Counted from the first letter of the stretch, positions 26,513-40,453 are shown. The stretch: 64,000 nucleotides of DNA from the human T2T-CHM13v2.0 reference genome, Homo sapiens (GCF_009914755.1 NC_060932.1), one strand, 5' to 3'. Numbers and translations: made by a program. Notes: generated by a model from the sequence alone, not told the origin.

Positions 26513-26642
26513 ATGGGGCAGTCGTTTACTTTATTGCTCAAGTTGAGACATTCTGAAAGTGAAAGATGACTGTTAATCATCACTCTGGGATAACAGATAT
26601 AAACTAAGGCTATCCCCGGCAAACATAGACATGGGGCCACCC
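26513..26642. mobile_element. hAT-Blackjack MITE (MER94/MER81-like)
   Basis: 'gagacattctgaaagtgaaag...ctgggataacagatataaac...ccccggcaaacatagacatggggccaccct'. Confidence 0.6.
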
Positions 26643-26899
26643 TTCTCAAGCACTAAGTCTGTTAAAAAAAAAAAAAAAGACTAAATTTCCTCCAGGTGAA
26701 ATGTGATATATACAGGAATGGAACACCTTGTCTTTCAGATAGGAACCCATGCAATTACAGGCAAGGGTACAGACGAAAAAAGGCTCAAGAGCATTTGCCT
26801 AAAATTCTTCAACTCTTTATTTTCATGAGGACTAGAATAATTGATTTTTAACATGAGGAGCTTTACTATTAAACTCTAATTTCTTAAAGTCTTTAGAAA

Positions 26900-27283
26900 A
26901 ATACAGATAAATGTTTATCGTCCCAATGTTTTGTAGTCCCAATTTCCAAAGACCATACAGTATGTAGTATTTTGTCAAGCTTTTTCAGGCTCAGCACAAT
27001 ATTTTTGACTTTCATTTCTGTTAATGTATGCATCGGTAGCTAATTATCATCTTTTTGCTCTGTATTATTTCATTGCATGAATATACCATGATTTTTTAAA
27101 TTGATTCTCAAGTTTACAGACATCAGAGTTGTTTTCCATTTGGGACTGTTATGAATGAAGCTGCTATTGATAGTATGGTATAAGTCTTTCTACTGTCATA
27201 TGAGCTCATTTCTTTTGGGTGTGTACTCAGTAGTGAAATTGTTAGGGTACAAGTTGAATCTGTGTGTAATATTATTGGAAACT
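26900..27283 (-). mobile_element. L1ME fragment
   Basis: 'gttgttttccatttgggactgttatgaatgaagctgctat...atttcttttgggtgtgtactcagtagtgaaattg'. Confidence 0.7.
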
Positions 27284-28200
27284 GAGCAGAGGAGTGACAA
27301 AATCTGACATTTTAAAACTTCGAGCAGAGGAGTGATACAATCTGACATTTTAAAAACTCTCTGGCTGTTGAATTGGAAATAGAATAGAAGGAGTGAGAGG
27401 AGAAAGAGAGAAGCTAATTAGAAGGCAACTGCAATATTCCAGGAGATGATGATGATATAATTCGTGGGAATGAAAAAATTCTGGACATATTTTCAAAGTA
27501 GAGAAAATAAGACTTCCAAATTAATTTAATATGAGTTATGAGAGAAAAGAGAATTTATGAATGACCCCAAGGATATGGTTTAATCAATTGGAAGGATGTA
27601 GTTACTATCGACAGAGGTCAAAATATGATAGAGAAAGGTTCTTCCTTGGGAGGGAAAGGGGGAATGGAGGAATTGGATGGTGTAGGAACTTGGCCAACTC
27701 CTATTTTAGATATATATTAGACATTAAATTGTGATGTTGAATAGGCAATTGGAGATATAAATCTAGATTTCAGGAAAGGGGCTAGAGCTAGAACTATAGA
27801 TTTGTAATTTATTAGCAAAAAGATGGTAAATGATATCAAAAGATTAAATGGAATCTTCAAGGGAGTGGTATAGGTAGAGAAGAAACCATAACCAAGGTCT
27901 GAGCACTCCAAAATTAAGAAGCTGAGAAGAAAAGAAGGAAGCATCACAGGAATCTATGAAGGAATGACCAGTGAGATAAAAAGAAAATCAAGACAAATGA
28001 AAATGTTTCAGGAAGATGAAGTGATAAACTGTGTCAAGAGCTCTGAGTAATTAAAGTAAGGTGAGCACTGGGGATTTACCACTGAGTTAAGTCACACTGG
28101 TGGGTCCCTTGTGATTTTTACTAAGACAATAGTAACACGGGAGTGGTAGGAATGTAGGATACTGATTTTCTTTGGGAAAAACGACAGCTATAGAGAATGT
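27284..28200 (-). mobile_element. L2 fragment
   Basis: 'gagcagaggagtgatacaatctgacatttt...ctctggctg', 'ggcaattggagatataaatctagatttcagg', 'aaactgtgtcaagagctctgag' are typical antisense L2. Confidence 0.8.
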
Positions 28201-28544
28201 TTAAAAGTTTTGTTATCTTTTGAACTTTGATTTTCAGTCGTATTAACTTTCAAGTGCTGAAGGAGCTATACCCCTTCCAGTGAGGCTGCTGCTGTTCAGA
28301 GTTCTACCTAGACATTCAGGAGAAATTCTGCTGCTGTGATTGAGCAATATAAACATGGCAGTAAATGAACTACCAATTCATGTTTATTTGGCTTTTATTT
28401 TGTAAGAGGAGGAGGAATCTCATTTCTGGAGTGTAATTTCATTCTGGAAACTTCATTATGAGAAGAAAGAATTTCAGTGAACATCCATCAACCAGTAGGG
28501 AGATTTTAAAAATCAATTGCTGGTTGATTCACACCTGATAGTAT

Positions 28545-28695
28545 CAGGTACCGTAACATTTTCATTTTACAAATGTTGAAATTGAGGCATACAGTTGCTA
28601 ATTTATTTGCCTTAAGTTACATCAACTAGAAAATTTTGGCCAAAGGTGGACCTCAGTCAGCTGGCTCCAGGGTTCATGCTCTAAAGCACTGTACT
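28545..28695 (-). mobile_element. MIR
   Basis: 'cattttacaaatgttgaaattgaggcatacag...tttgccttaagttacatcaactag...ctggctccagggttcatgctct'. Confidence 0.75.
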
Positions 28696-28939
28696 CTGGT
28701 TTTCAGAAGGTCAAATTTGAATATTTGCCTAGGACACAAAAATACAAAAAAAAAAATAAATTCCAGAGTGAGATTCCTGGCAAACTAAGATGCAGATTTT
28801 CAAAGGAAATATTAGATAACTGGTTTTACTCTCCCAAAATAAGCTTATATAAGGTGTATATAAAAGGATCAAAGGGTTGTATTAGATAGGTTTTATAAAG
28901 TAGGCTTCTTTTGAGAGAACCTACTGTCTAATTCTAACC

Positions 28940-29675
28940 CCTGAAGATATGTGTTAGGGAGTGCTACTTCTAAACCCCAAACTTAGGGAGTGGGGCTTTG
29001 GTAGAACCCACTTTAAGGGCTGATATGTATCTCTATTTCCCAGGGACCTAGTGCCTGATGCACACAGAGAACAAAGCTAACTGCAGTGGTAGCTTAGGAG
29101 GGCCATCTTAGAAGTGATCTTTCAAGCATCTCCCAGCCAGTCAAAGTTGAGGAACCCTCACAGCACTGTAAACTCAGGTTGTCTTAAAAGTGATACATCC
29201 GAAGACACTGTCCAGCCCAAGCAGGAAAAGGCCAGAGCTTAGATGTTCTGGAGAGTACCCTGGTATAGAGCTGAGAAAGGTTCTAATGCTTTCCAGAAAG
29301 CCAGACAACACAACTCATAAGTGTGAGGGATTTAGTGCCCCACAGGGCAAACATTGCTCAGCAAAAGAGGGGAGTGAGGAATGAGCCAGTAAAAAAATTC
29401 CCTTCCTTTCTTGCTCTCAGCTCATTGTTCCAAGTATCTGTGGTTTAAGGAAATCTGTTAGAAAGGTGTCCATCATGCAAAATCTTTGTTAGATTATCAT
29501 GCAAAGCTTGGACCAGGTTAGCAAGACACCCACCATCGTTACTGGCTTTCCTTCCTTCCCTGAATCATTTCCCTTGTTTTCCTCATTCTTGCTGTCCTTA
29601 GATTGACTCTACCAGTAGAGCCTTAGCTAGAAGTTTTGCCTCAACCTATTTTCTATGGAAGGCAGGCTACACCAG
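28940..29675 (+). mobile_element. Old ERVL-class solo LTR (LTR16/33/41-like)
   Basis: 3' end 'ccttccttccctgaatcatttcccttg...ttttgcctcaacctattttctatggaaggcaggctacacca' resembles LTR16-family ends. Confidence 0.5.
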
Positions 29676-30684
29676 CATTGCTTTGAGCCTTTCCGAGGAT
29701 GGCGTTGTTTGTGAGCAGTAGGTACAACAGGCATGGAATATTCAGAAGCTCATTTACCTGCAGCTTTAAAGCTACATCTTCCAGGTTGATCTATCAGTAG
29801 TAAAGCTGACGTTTTGATCTCCTTTTGCCATCTTCTGTGTTTCTCTGTTAACTGGTCTCAAACTCAGTAGGAAAAGTCATATAATTGATATCTCAAGCCC
29901 CAACAGCATAGGCTGTTTCTCTCACTGCTCTTAACTTTTAAATACTACCTAAAACTCTTACTCTATGTAAAATCTACTTTATATCATACCCCAACATTTC
30001 ATGGAATATTTTATACATATACATCTATAATGTATATGTATGTCATATTATATGTGTAAATGACATATATATGTCATGTCTCATCACATTATCTGTAAGC
30101 TATGTGAAGTCAGTGGTCCTAATATAGACTTACATGAATTCATTACTATGTCTGGAACAGTATATTGCATATAACAGGTGTGTGACTACTATACTAAGTC
30201 AGTGCTTTCTCATTCCTGCAAAACAAAATTATTTTAATAAAATGACCTTTAATATGTTAGCAGCCATTTAAGAATTGAGATTTTTAAAAGAAAGATGAAG
30301 ACAACAGACAATAAACCATTAAAAAAAAAAAAAACCTCTGGAGCTGAAATCTTTAACGAGAAAATTGTAAGCAAATATTTGAAACTAAATCCTCTGAGGC
30401 ATGATGTTTAATTAAAAAGGTAGAGCTTGTTAAAATAACTACAATTCAGCATGGTTCCAGTCACTAAATTTTATCTTTGCAATTACAGTTTGTTTTCATT
30501 AGATGATAGAGGAGGGTCCAGATTTAAAGGATACAGAAAAGCAGCAGAGCTTACAAACTGTGGTCCTATCATTGCTCTTTGGCATTAGATGTTCTTAGAA
30601 AAGGGAGTTTTGAGGAATGCACTGTGTACTATTAAAGGTAGCACAATTCTGTAGGATAGATGAAAGTAATCACATTTTCCATGA

Positions 30685-30722
30685 CGTGTGTGTGTGTTGT
30701 TGTTGTTGTTGTTGTTGTTGTT
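30685..30722. repeat. Compound (GT)n(TTG)n microsatellite
   Basis: Seen directly. Confidence 0.92.
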
Positions 30723-30889
30723 TTGCCATATATAGATGAATAACATTCTTCTACTTATTCCTCCTCCAGAGTGACTTTACAAACACCAGACAGTGCAATA
30801 GATTAATAGAGGTGTCAAATTTATAGCAGGGCATTTCTTGTTTTTGGGATTCAGTCTAATTATCTTAATAAGAACAACTGCTGCTCTTA

Positions 30890-31193
30890 TTTTCGTTTTT
30901 GTCATTTTGAGACAGAGTTTCGCTCTTATTGCCGAGGATGGAGTGCAATGGTGCAATCTTGGCTCACTTCAACCTCCGCCTCCTGGGTTCAAGCGATTCT
31001 CCTGCCTCAGCCTCCTGAGTAACTGGGATTACAGGCGCCCGCCACCATGCCTGGCTAATTTTTTTGTACTTTTAGTAGAGCCAGGGTTTCACCCTGTTGG
31101 CCAGGCTGGTCTCAAACTCCTGACCTCACGTGATCCACCCACCTTGGCCTCCCAAAGTGCTAGGATTACAGGCATGAGCCACTGAGCCTGCTG
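30890..31193 (-). mobile_element. AluSq/Sp-like, full length
   Basis: Antisense dimer; TSD acaactgctgctctta (30874-30889) / ataactgctgctttta (31194-31209). Confidence 0.95.
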
Positions 31194-31204
31194 ATAACTG
31201 CTGC

Positions 31205-31455
31205 TTTTAGAGCTATAACTATGCCAACCATTGACCTAAGCATGTATGCATACACAAACACACAAGCACACACACAAACTCACACATAATCCTCAAAACA
31301 AATATATGAGACAGGTACTATTGTTATCTACATTTTATAGATGAGGAAACTGAAGCACAAGTAAGCTAAGAGACTTGTCCAAGATTATGCAGTTGGCAAA
31401 TGTAGGAGCTCAGATTCATATGGGTTGCTCTGGCTGTAGTGTCCTTACTATTTAG
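31205..31455 (-). mobile_element. MIR with embedded CA-rich tract
   Basis: 'cattttatagatgaggaaactgaagcacaagtaagctaagagacttgtccaagattatgcag'. Confidence 0.85.
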
Positions 31456-32479
31456 CTTCAGCTTAGAATCATTCTTTAATAATTTTTAAAATATCCTTAG
31501 AAACATGTCTCTGAATATTCTCAGGCCAAAAGTGCCATTACATTCGCTGTTAAATTTAAAATATTCTAAACTTAAAAATACTTAAAAACATTTAAGCCTT
31601 TCATACGGCATCTTCAGATTCCACCCTTATGACTTAACCCACTCCTAAAACCACCAACATGTATGTATCCTTTAACGCAGCAAATGCACTTGTAGGAAAA
31701 GATCCTGAAGAGAAAAAAATGATCTGTATCTTTCCATGATGTTAGTCAAAGCATTGTTTATAATAGAATAACCATTCCTCCCAGCAATCCCATTACTGGG
31801 TATATACCCAAAGGAATATAAATCATTCTATGGTACTTTGTAATGGCAGCCTGAACTAAGACAATAAAACTATAGCATTTTTTCTCTTTCACTGTATATG
31901 AAAGTGTCATGATGTGTGTGCATGTACAACACACACAAATACAGAACAGAAAATCCTAAAAGTAAATCCACTAAAATGTTTCAAATTGTTTATCCTCTGA
32001 TGGATGCCTATAGGTTATTTTAATTTTCTTCTCAGAATTATTCAACATTTCCTAAACTTTTCATAAGGTAAATATATTATCTTTGAAATCAGAAAAACAG
32101 GGACTAAAAAGTGAAACTATTTATATTCATACTTATATACACATATATATGCAGTTTCTAACGAAATATTAACTTGGCAATAGTATAAGCAAGTCTTTAT
32201 GTCCCCAAAGTAATTCATCACAGTAAATGATTCTGAAAGTACATGTCAGAAAACCTATTAGTATTTCCTGCTCTGCTATTTGTTCATGTCTCCTCATTTA
32301 ATGATAACTAAGGGAATTCTCAAACATAGCCAGCTCATATTCCTATTACATAGGAGTGTTTTACCTGTGGTATAATAAATTCTCACAAAACTATATCTGA
32401 CAAAAAATAATACAAAATGTCAAAAGGAGCTCATTTTTATGCTATTACTGTCATTTCTGTGACAGAAAGTTGATTTACT

Positions 32480-33000
32480 TGTACTCTTCACCTAATAGTG
32501 GATGATAATCTGTTTTTAATTTTTTTCCAAACCCAACTATTATTTCTCTCCCATTCTATTAGTCACCCACTTCAAATGTTTCAACTGTATCCCTAAATAT
32601 ATTTACCTTTTCAAAATATGTGCTATATTTTCCATGGTTGTTTTTTTTTTTAATTTATAGAAAGGTATATCATGTTTTGTTTCTTTTCGTTAATATTTCT
32701 GAGACATATCCATATTTTGTGATTGACGCATCGTATCCCATTGTGCCTGACTCTGCCATATTTTACTTACTCCCTTATTGATGGATTCCTAGGTTGCCTT
32801 CTACTTTCTATCCCCTGGGGAAACACCTGGAAGAGCAGAACCTAGTTAAAGTCCTGAGCCAGAGTTTCTCTGGGATGTTAACTCAGGAGTGGGATTGCAG
32901 TGTCATACACACCCGGTTATATCACCAAATACTGCCAAACTTCATTCTAGAATGACTGTGCCAGTTTACATTGTAAACAAGAGTTACTAATTTAATTTTT
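32480..33000 (-). mobile_element. Ancient L1ME fragment
   Basis: 'gtttctctgggatgttaactcaggagtgggattgc...tactgccaaacttcattctagaatgactgtgccagtttaca'. Confidence 0.6.
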
Positions 33001-33629
33001 AAAGTTGCACTATTTTCTCATTTATGTGAGGCAGAAGAATTTATTTTTTCAAAACAAATTTGTTTGAAAACCTCTTTAATGTGTCTTTTGGGCTTATCTA
33101 ATGGACACACATAACTAGTCTGTAAAGGAAAGCTGGAGACAGAGAAGAGTTAAGTTGGTCAGCCTGCTAATGGTAAAGGCCTTTCTGTTTAGCATGGAAA
33201 ACCTTTGTGGATGTTGATGTTTTTAGAAAAAAAAATATATATTTTTAATATGGACAAAGACTATGCTATTTCAGAGAACTATTATTTGCTCTTGGAATGT
33301 GTGTGAATTACTAACCTTGGAGAAAAGAAATAGAGGCAAGAGAACTAGAGGCAGAATGAGGAAGCCTATGTTTTTCTTCTTTTATCACAAATCTAAAGCT
33401 GGCTAGACTTGAAATGCTAAAGCTCACTAGAGAAATTCTGCTGAACCTCTAACTTGATTAGTGTGATTCCACACCGAATTGCATTGAATATGGAAATAAG
33501 CCTCTATAATTCTTGTATAACTATTGTGCCCAAGTGTTGTTGTTCTGTGGATGGCAGAAGCAGATCACTGGAAGCTTCTGTTTTGAACACAACAGGGAGG
33601 TGTGGCCTTTTTGTAGGGACCAATTTGAA

Positions 33630-34070
33630 ACAACAAGGTTGCAGGTAACAGAAATTCAAGTGAGCTTAAATCACAAGTGTATATTAGCACATGTATCAGA
33701 AAAGTCAAGGGATGGGCTATGCACAGCTGAATTAAGAACTCGGACACTGTTTCTATTTATCCATATTGTCCCATCTCAATATTGGGCTACCTGTGAGAAA
33801 TGTAGCAAACAGCAGTGACAGCTTTAGTTTTTACATTATCTTACATTCCACGTCCAATAGGAAAGAATGAGATTTTCTCTTTGAAAAATTTCAGCAAGAG
33901 TCCTCATTTCATCTAATTGGATCTAGTTCAGCCACATGTTCATTCTTGAACCAACGATGTAACTAGGAGCCAGTCAGAGTCTCTGCCAGTTTCTGAAGGA
34001 AAGAGTCAAATTCGTCAGTAATACCTGGGCTGAGAATAGAGAAGGGGTAATAATCTGAAATCAAAATCCA
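33630..34070 (-). mobile_element. Old MaLR LTR (MLT1J/K/L-like)
   Basis: 'ggttgcaggtaacagaaattcaagtgagcttaaatcac...cacatgtatcagaaaagtcaaggg', 'gccacatgttcattcttgaacca'. Confidence 0.55.
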
Positions 34071-34151
34071 ATCTGAGTGTTCTGTGCACAAATGCCAAGG
34101 AAGAAACACAGTAAGGGCTTAACACAACTTTATTCTCTCAGTAAAAGCTTA

Positions 34152-34494
<343 letters not shown>

Positions 34495-35459
34495 TCATGC
34501 TCCTTCATCATATTTGAAGAAACAAAACAGATATTCCAGGGAGTACCATACAGGTACTTAAAGACAAAGGTATTTATCTTATAACCTGGACACATATTTA
34601 GAAATATTATTTTCAGACTGTGTGTCCATGAAAGATTTTTCTGCCTAAGAATGTTCATGCCTTAATACTCTGGCCTTTCTTCCTTTTCATCTTCAACATT
34701 ATTTTACAACTAGAGGATCCTCCATACACAAAAATTAACTAACTGAATTACTAAATAAAATTACGATTCTTTTCCGTATGTTTTCCTAATGAAAGTACCA
34801 TATTGCATATCTAGGTCATGAAAAGGATAATAAATGTCCAAATTATCCTAATATTTCCCGTGTAAAATAGAAATAACTGAAAGGAAATACCACTCATTCG
34901 TCACACAAATCTGTAGGTAGAAAGTAATAGCTAGTCATTAGAAGCATCTCACGTGTATGATAAAATTATACTTTCTGCTTAGAGTAATGGAAAGATTTGC
35001 CTAAGGCCAAAAGAGAAACACACAGTCTCCTTCTGTTCCTCCAAACAGTTTGCACATAAAAATATATTGCTTATTTGGTACTATTATAATCTGAACTGGG
35101 AAGGAAATCAAATGTGATATATTTTTCATTCCAAGTAGGAAGCATTTTTAGACAATATAGCCCAGAACATATAAATTAAGGACTCTGGTTAACAAGCAGT
35201 TGTTTGGGTGACTGTTTTTCTAATAAGTTTCTTAGGGGATCATCTAAATAAAATCAGAGTTTGCGCAATGCTTTTTGAAAAAAGTCTTACTGCTACAGAA
35301 TAGTAGATAGCAAACTCTGTACTGCGTCTTCTTGAAGACTGATATAATTAATCTCTATTCATAAATGTCTCTGCATAACATGGTTCCTTACTACACAAAA
35401 GAGTTAGCATATAAGTTCATTCTTGATGTTGAGTCTGGGAGCAAGGTTTTAAGGAAAAA

Positions 35460-36290
35460 AATAAAATGAATCACTGATTGAATCCTTATTAGGTGTCCGG
35501 CATGCTGTTAGGGACGTTGCAGGTAGTGAATCACAGTAGGTATAATGAATCCCTGTTTTGCAAGTGAGGAAACTAAACTTTAGACAGTAACACCAAAGCA
35601 GAGTGAACTCATTTCATTGTGCATACATTGATTAAATATGTGGATTAATCAGTCAATGTCACTCTGTGGTAGGTGATAGGGGAAAGAGGCAGAAAATTAA
35701 ATTGCATTTAGCACATAATAATGTGTCAGACATGATACAAGATGATTTAAATAAAAGACCTCTTTAAATACCGAATTGTGCAGGGTAGGTTTTAAATAAG
35801 ATAATGGAGGTAATATATCAGCAAAATAACTGGCATATAAGAAGCTTTCAATATGTGTTTATTATTTTATTTACATCTTCCAGGTGGGGAAACAGGTTTA
35901 CACAAGTTTCATAAATTGTCTGGGGTTACAGAAAGCCATTAAGTGGAAGAATTTGTGTATATGACTCCAGACCACATTATTTCAACTGCACTGACTGATA
36001 CAGAAATTTTAAATATAAAACATTTGGCACAGTAGACTCAAAAATGGCTACTATTCTAGCATGTGCTTATAGCTAGGATATATTGAAAATTTACTTTATG
36101 CCAGGAACTACCATGTACTTCACAAACACTGTCATATTTAAGCCTCACTAATATTAAGTTTGCAAATGAAGAAAGCAAGGCAGAGAAAAGGGGAGGGACT
36201 TGTCCAAGGTCACAAAATAAGGAGAAGGAGGTATGATTGGGAAGACTATTTCATTATGCAGGCCATACCTTTAATCCTGTACTACATTGT
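35460..36290. mobile_element. Cluster of MIR and L2 fragments
   Basis: Several cores, e.g. 'gttttgcaagtgaggaaactaa', 'ttgcaaatgaagaaagcaaggcagag...acttgtccaaggtcaca'. Confidence 0.55.
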
Positions 36291-36849
36291 GCTAAAAGCA
36301 TCATCCTCCAGCTCAGGATTTATGTTTAAAGTGTAATAGACTCTTATCTTTACACTTTCCACTATGCCTCAACATTTAGTGGTCCATAAAATAAAATATG
36401 AGCTTAATATATGGCTCATCTGACTAAAATAATCAGACAACGAAGAGATGTTTTGGATACCTTAGTCATAAACCCAGTAATAATTCATTATCATTCACTT
36501 ATAACATTGAAGAACACCTTATCAGTTAAAACATGATCCCTTTAATTTGATTATTTTAGTCAGTATCATGCTGTCCAGAATGACATGGCTACATAGTCCT
36601 TTACCATTTTTATTTATGATCCACTTCACAAAGACCTAAAATGAGCATAGACCTTGTGGTATCTACTTCAGGAGAGCATTTTACATAATTGTAAAGATAA
36701 AAACAGAAGGAAAGTGCCATCATTAAGCTACAGATAAACAGAGAGAACACAATAGAGGGCCTGACTCCATATCTCCTACACATTGGCTCATGTAACCTTG
36801 TGGAACATGAATATTCAGTAGCTTCTGTGGTTTTTAATGAATATAGAAG

Positions 36850-37040
36850 CTAGTATGGTGTTATACAGTAAGTACTGTATTAACAAGTACAAAGTTTGGG
36901 TTTAGTCCTGGCTTTTGTTCTTATAGATGAAGCTGTGTGATCTTCACCTCTTGGAATATTTTTCATTTGAAAATTAGAGGCCATGATATCTGTCATTCTC
37001 ACAGGTTTAGTTTGAAAATCAATTGGATCAAGTATGTTAA
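36850..37040 (+). mobile_element. MIR
   Basis: 'tgggtttagtcctggctttt...gctgtgtgatctt...tttttcatttgaaaattagagg...tcacaggtttag'. Confidence 0.55.
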
Positions 37041-37525
37041 AGTATAGGGATATAAGGAATTATTTTCAGAACCAGAGGAAAAGAATAAAGTTCAGAGTAG
37101 ATGAAGCAAGACATGGAAAATTGGAAAAAAAATAGGTTTAGACTTAACTTGAAGCTCTGTTTATCTATGGGAAATAAATATGTGTATGACCCCAAGAAAT
37201 AGTCTCCTTCATATCTCTGAGACCCACTACAGCAATAAGATTCTTTGGCCCAAGCAAATAGTTGTCTAAAGTTGTAGAAACTAAAACTTGTGAAAGAGTA
37301 TTTAACTATCAATAACCCAAACCCAAGTACCCTAGAAGACCTTTATAAAAATTCCCAGTTATAGAGGTAAAACCCTCTGATACTCACTAGACAATTTTAA
37401 TCACCTCCCTCCACTAAAGAAGGCAAAAAAATGTGACTCTTCTCTATAATTAGTGGTCAAATGCTTAAGAAGCAACATGAAACATGTATAACCCCAAAGT
37501 AAACCCTGAAAATATTTACTGTTAC

Positions 37526-38222
37526 TGTAGTGATTTAACATATATCCACAAATCTCTTGATGCTTCTCCCTCCAGTAGGTAAAGCTTAACTTCCCTATTC
37601 TTGAGTAGGAACTGGACTTTGTGACTCACTTCTGATGAACCAAACTTGGGGAGAGAAAGATAAAAACTTTATAGCAGAGAAGCCTGACAAAAACCACCTT
37701 AGCCAAATGATCAGGATTGGTCATATGTATTGATATCCTCTAGCCCTTGATATGATGGAATGAGAAGGGCATATTGGTTATGTGGAATTCTTTCCCCAAG
37801 TTCAGAGTCTCAGTTTAATCATGAAAAAGCATCACACAAACCCAAGTTAATGGGCATTTTTTAAAATACCTGACCAATAATCTTTAAAAGTATCAATACA
37901 TAAATTAGAATGAAAGATTGAAGAACTGTCACAGAGTGGTAGAAATAAGGGCATATAACATTGTGAAATCCTAGATTAGAAAAGAAAAAATAATAATGGA
38001 AAAGCTGAAGAATTCTGAATGAAGTTTGTAGTTTAGTTAACAGTATTATATCAGTGTTAATTATTAGTTTTGATCATCATACCATGCTTATGTTATCATT
38101 ATGCTATGTTATGTTATGTTAACATTAGGGGAAGCTGGATGAATGGTAGGCAAAGGCTGTCTGTGCTATATGTGCAACTCTTCTGTAAGTCAAAAATTAT
38201 TTTAAAACACAAAGTAAAAAAA
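37526..38222 (+). mobile_element. L1MC3/4-type 3' UTR with an MLT1F-like 5' segment
   Basis: 'gagaagcctgacaaaaaccaccttagccaaatgatcagg...aacattaggggaagctggatgaa...gcaactcttctgtaagtc' plus A-rich end. Confidence 0.75.
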
Positions 38223-38737
38223 TGAAATATCAAAATTAGACATTAGTGGATGTTGATATTGCAGCACACTGCTTATAGTCTGCAAAAATGTGGGTTTCCC
38301 AATTCTTGGCTTCTAAATAGAATAAACTAACTGTCAGCCAGCTGCTTCCTGTAAAATTCTGATTTCTAAGACAGAGTAGTAAAATAAGATTTTTTAAGCC
38401 TACTCAATTTTTCATTGCAAACTCAACAATTATTTTAAATCATAGCTCTTCCTAAAGTAAAAACTGAGGTTGCAAAAAAGAGGCAAGGAACAATGTGCTC
38501 GTAAAGTTCTTATCACAAAGGAGGAATATTAGTAACAGGAAAGAATTCCTCTAGCCACAGCCATAATTTTCAACTCTAGTGCAAAAAAAACCTTTCTATT
38601 TAAGACCACTAAAAAGATGAAACTGGGGTAAGAAATGAATAGTGTTGCTAATAAACTACACATAAGGAATTGAGTACCATATGAAGAATAAATAATGTTG
38701 GAACTCTAAACCATACCAAACCAAAAATTCTACTTCA

Positions 38738-38805
38738 AAGGGAATCAAAAGTTCAGGATACCATTTGAAGGAAGGGAATCAAAAGTTCAGGATACCATTT
38801 GAAGG
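38738..38805. repeat. Perfect 34-bp tandem duplication
   Basis: aagggaatcaaaagttcaggataccatttgaagg twice, seen directly. Confidence 0.95.
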
Positions 38806-40453
38806 ATATTGCAAGCATTTGCAAAAGGCAATGATACCTGAGTTGATATTAAAGTGCTTTTTGACCAACTTGCTTATATTTTAAAATGTCATTTCTTTTA
38901 GAAAAATTGATGGTTTACAAAGAAAAGGAAAGAAAATTCCAGTTGCACTGTGGCAGTGTAAGACTATTATGATGTATCCCTCCCAATGATTGAAACTAAA
39001 ATTGCTGGGGAAAAAAATACAAAAAACACAACTATTGGAGAATTCTATAAAATACACAAAAGCAGGCAGAATATGAGAGCAGTCAGAAGTTAAAGGAGTA
39101 AATGCATGGTGAAGTGTCTCCTAGACTTTTCTTTTTCTCTCATGGATTTGCCTCAAGGGTAGGTTTCAGCAATTGAGTGGCTAAAAGGCCAATAGAACAC
39201 ACATGATTCTATACAAAGGATCAGGAAAAGATGGCACAAAATATGTTGGGGTATCCCTGGAAAGGAGAAAGCTGGAGAGAGGATCCCCTAATTTTCTGTA
39301 TGAATCTGCAAAAATCTCAGCCTAATTTTATGATATATATGCATGGGATAGACCCAATGAGCATAGAAAAGTCTAAAGGAATGCAAAATGAGGTTTTGGT
39401 AACTACCTACAGAAGCTTATATAGAACTTATGCTCTGTTCATATGTTTTCCATTTGATTTCCTGCTAAATGAAAAACATCTCCATTACATTATAATAGGA
39501 CCCAGCGTCTACACAACATAAGAATTCCAAAATTGGTTGGCATACAAAGAATCAGAAAAATGTGACCAATAACCAAAAGAAAAGACAATCAACAAATCAA
39601 CTTTACACATCAGAGGTAATTCAGATGTTGAAACTGTCAAAAGGAGACTATAAAGCAGCTACTAAAACTTTCTTCATAAGGTAAAAGGAAATATACTGCA
39701 AATAAATGAAAATATAATTATTCTTAGCACAGAGAGAGAAACAATGAAAATAACCAAATGCAAATTTTAAGCCTTAAAAAAATGCAATATTTTAAATAAG
39801 AAGCTCACTGAATAACCTCAATTGCAGAAGACAGATAACAGAGGAAGTGAAGATAAAAAAGATCGACAAAAAGTATTCAATTAAAAATACAGAGAAGAAA
39901 CATTAAAACATAATGAGCAGAGTCTCAGGTACCTGTGAGAAAATATAACATAAAAATCTAACACACATGTCTTTGGAGTTTCAGAAAGAGAAAAATCCTT
40001 GAAAATATGATAAAGGTTTTTCAAATTTGGTGAAACACATCCACTTATAGACTTGAGAAATCAAGTGAGCTACAAAAAAAGGTAAACACAAAGACAACCA
40101 CACCTATACATACATAAATTAAATTGCTGATAAAATAAACATTTTGAAAGCTTCTACAGAAAAAAGCATAACATATTGGGGAACAATAATTTTAGTGAGT
40201 GTTGATTTTTCATCAAAATCCATGGAGGCCACAAAGATAGATATTCTCTGATGAAGGGAAACTGAAGGAAATCATCATTAACAAATGTGCTCTAAAATAA
40301 ATGCTAAGGGAAGCTTCATGAGCTCAAAAGAACTAATTCTTACGGAAACTTGAAGTTTCAGGAATAAAGCAAGTTCAACAGAAACATTGAATAGCTAAGT
40401 AAAAATAAAAGACAATTCTTTTTCCTCTTAAGTTGCTTAATATGGTTTTAAAA

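Noticed and set aside
38738-38805. CRISPR-like direct repeat
   Set aside because: Only two abutting copies with no spacer, in a eukaryotic context with no cas genes
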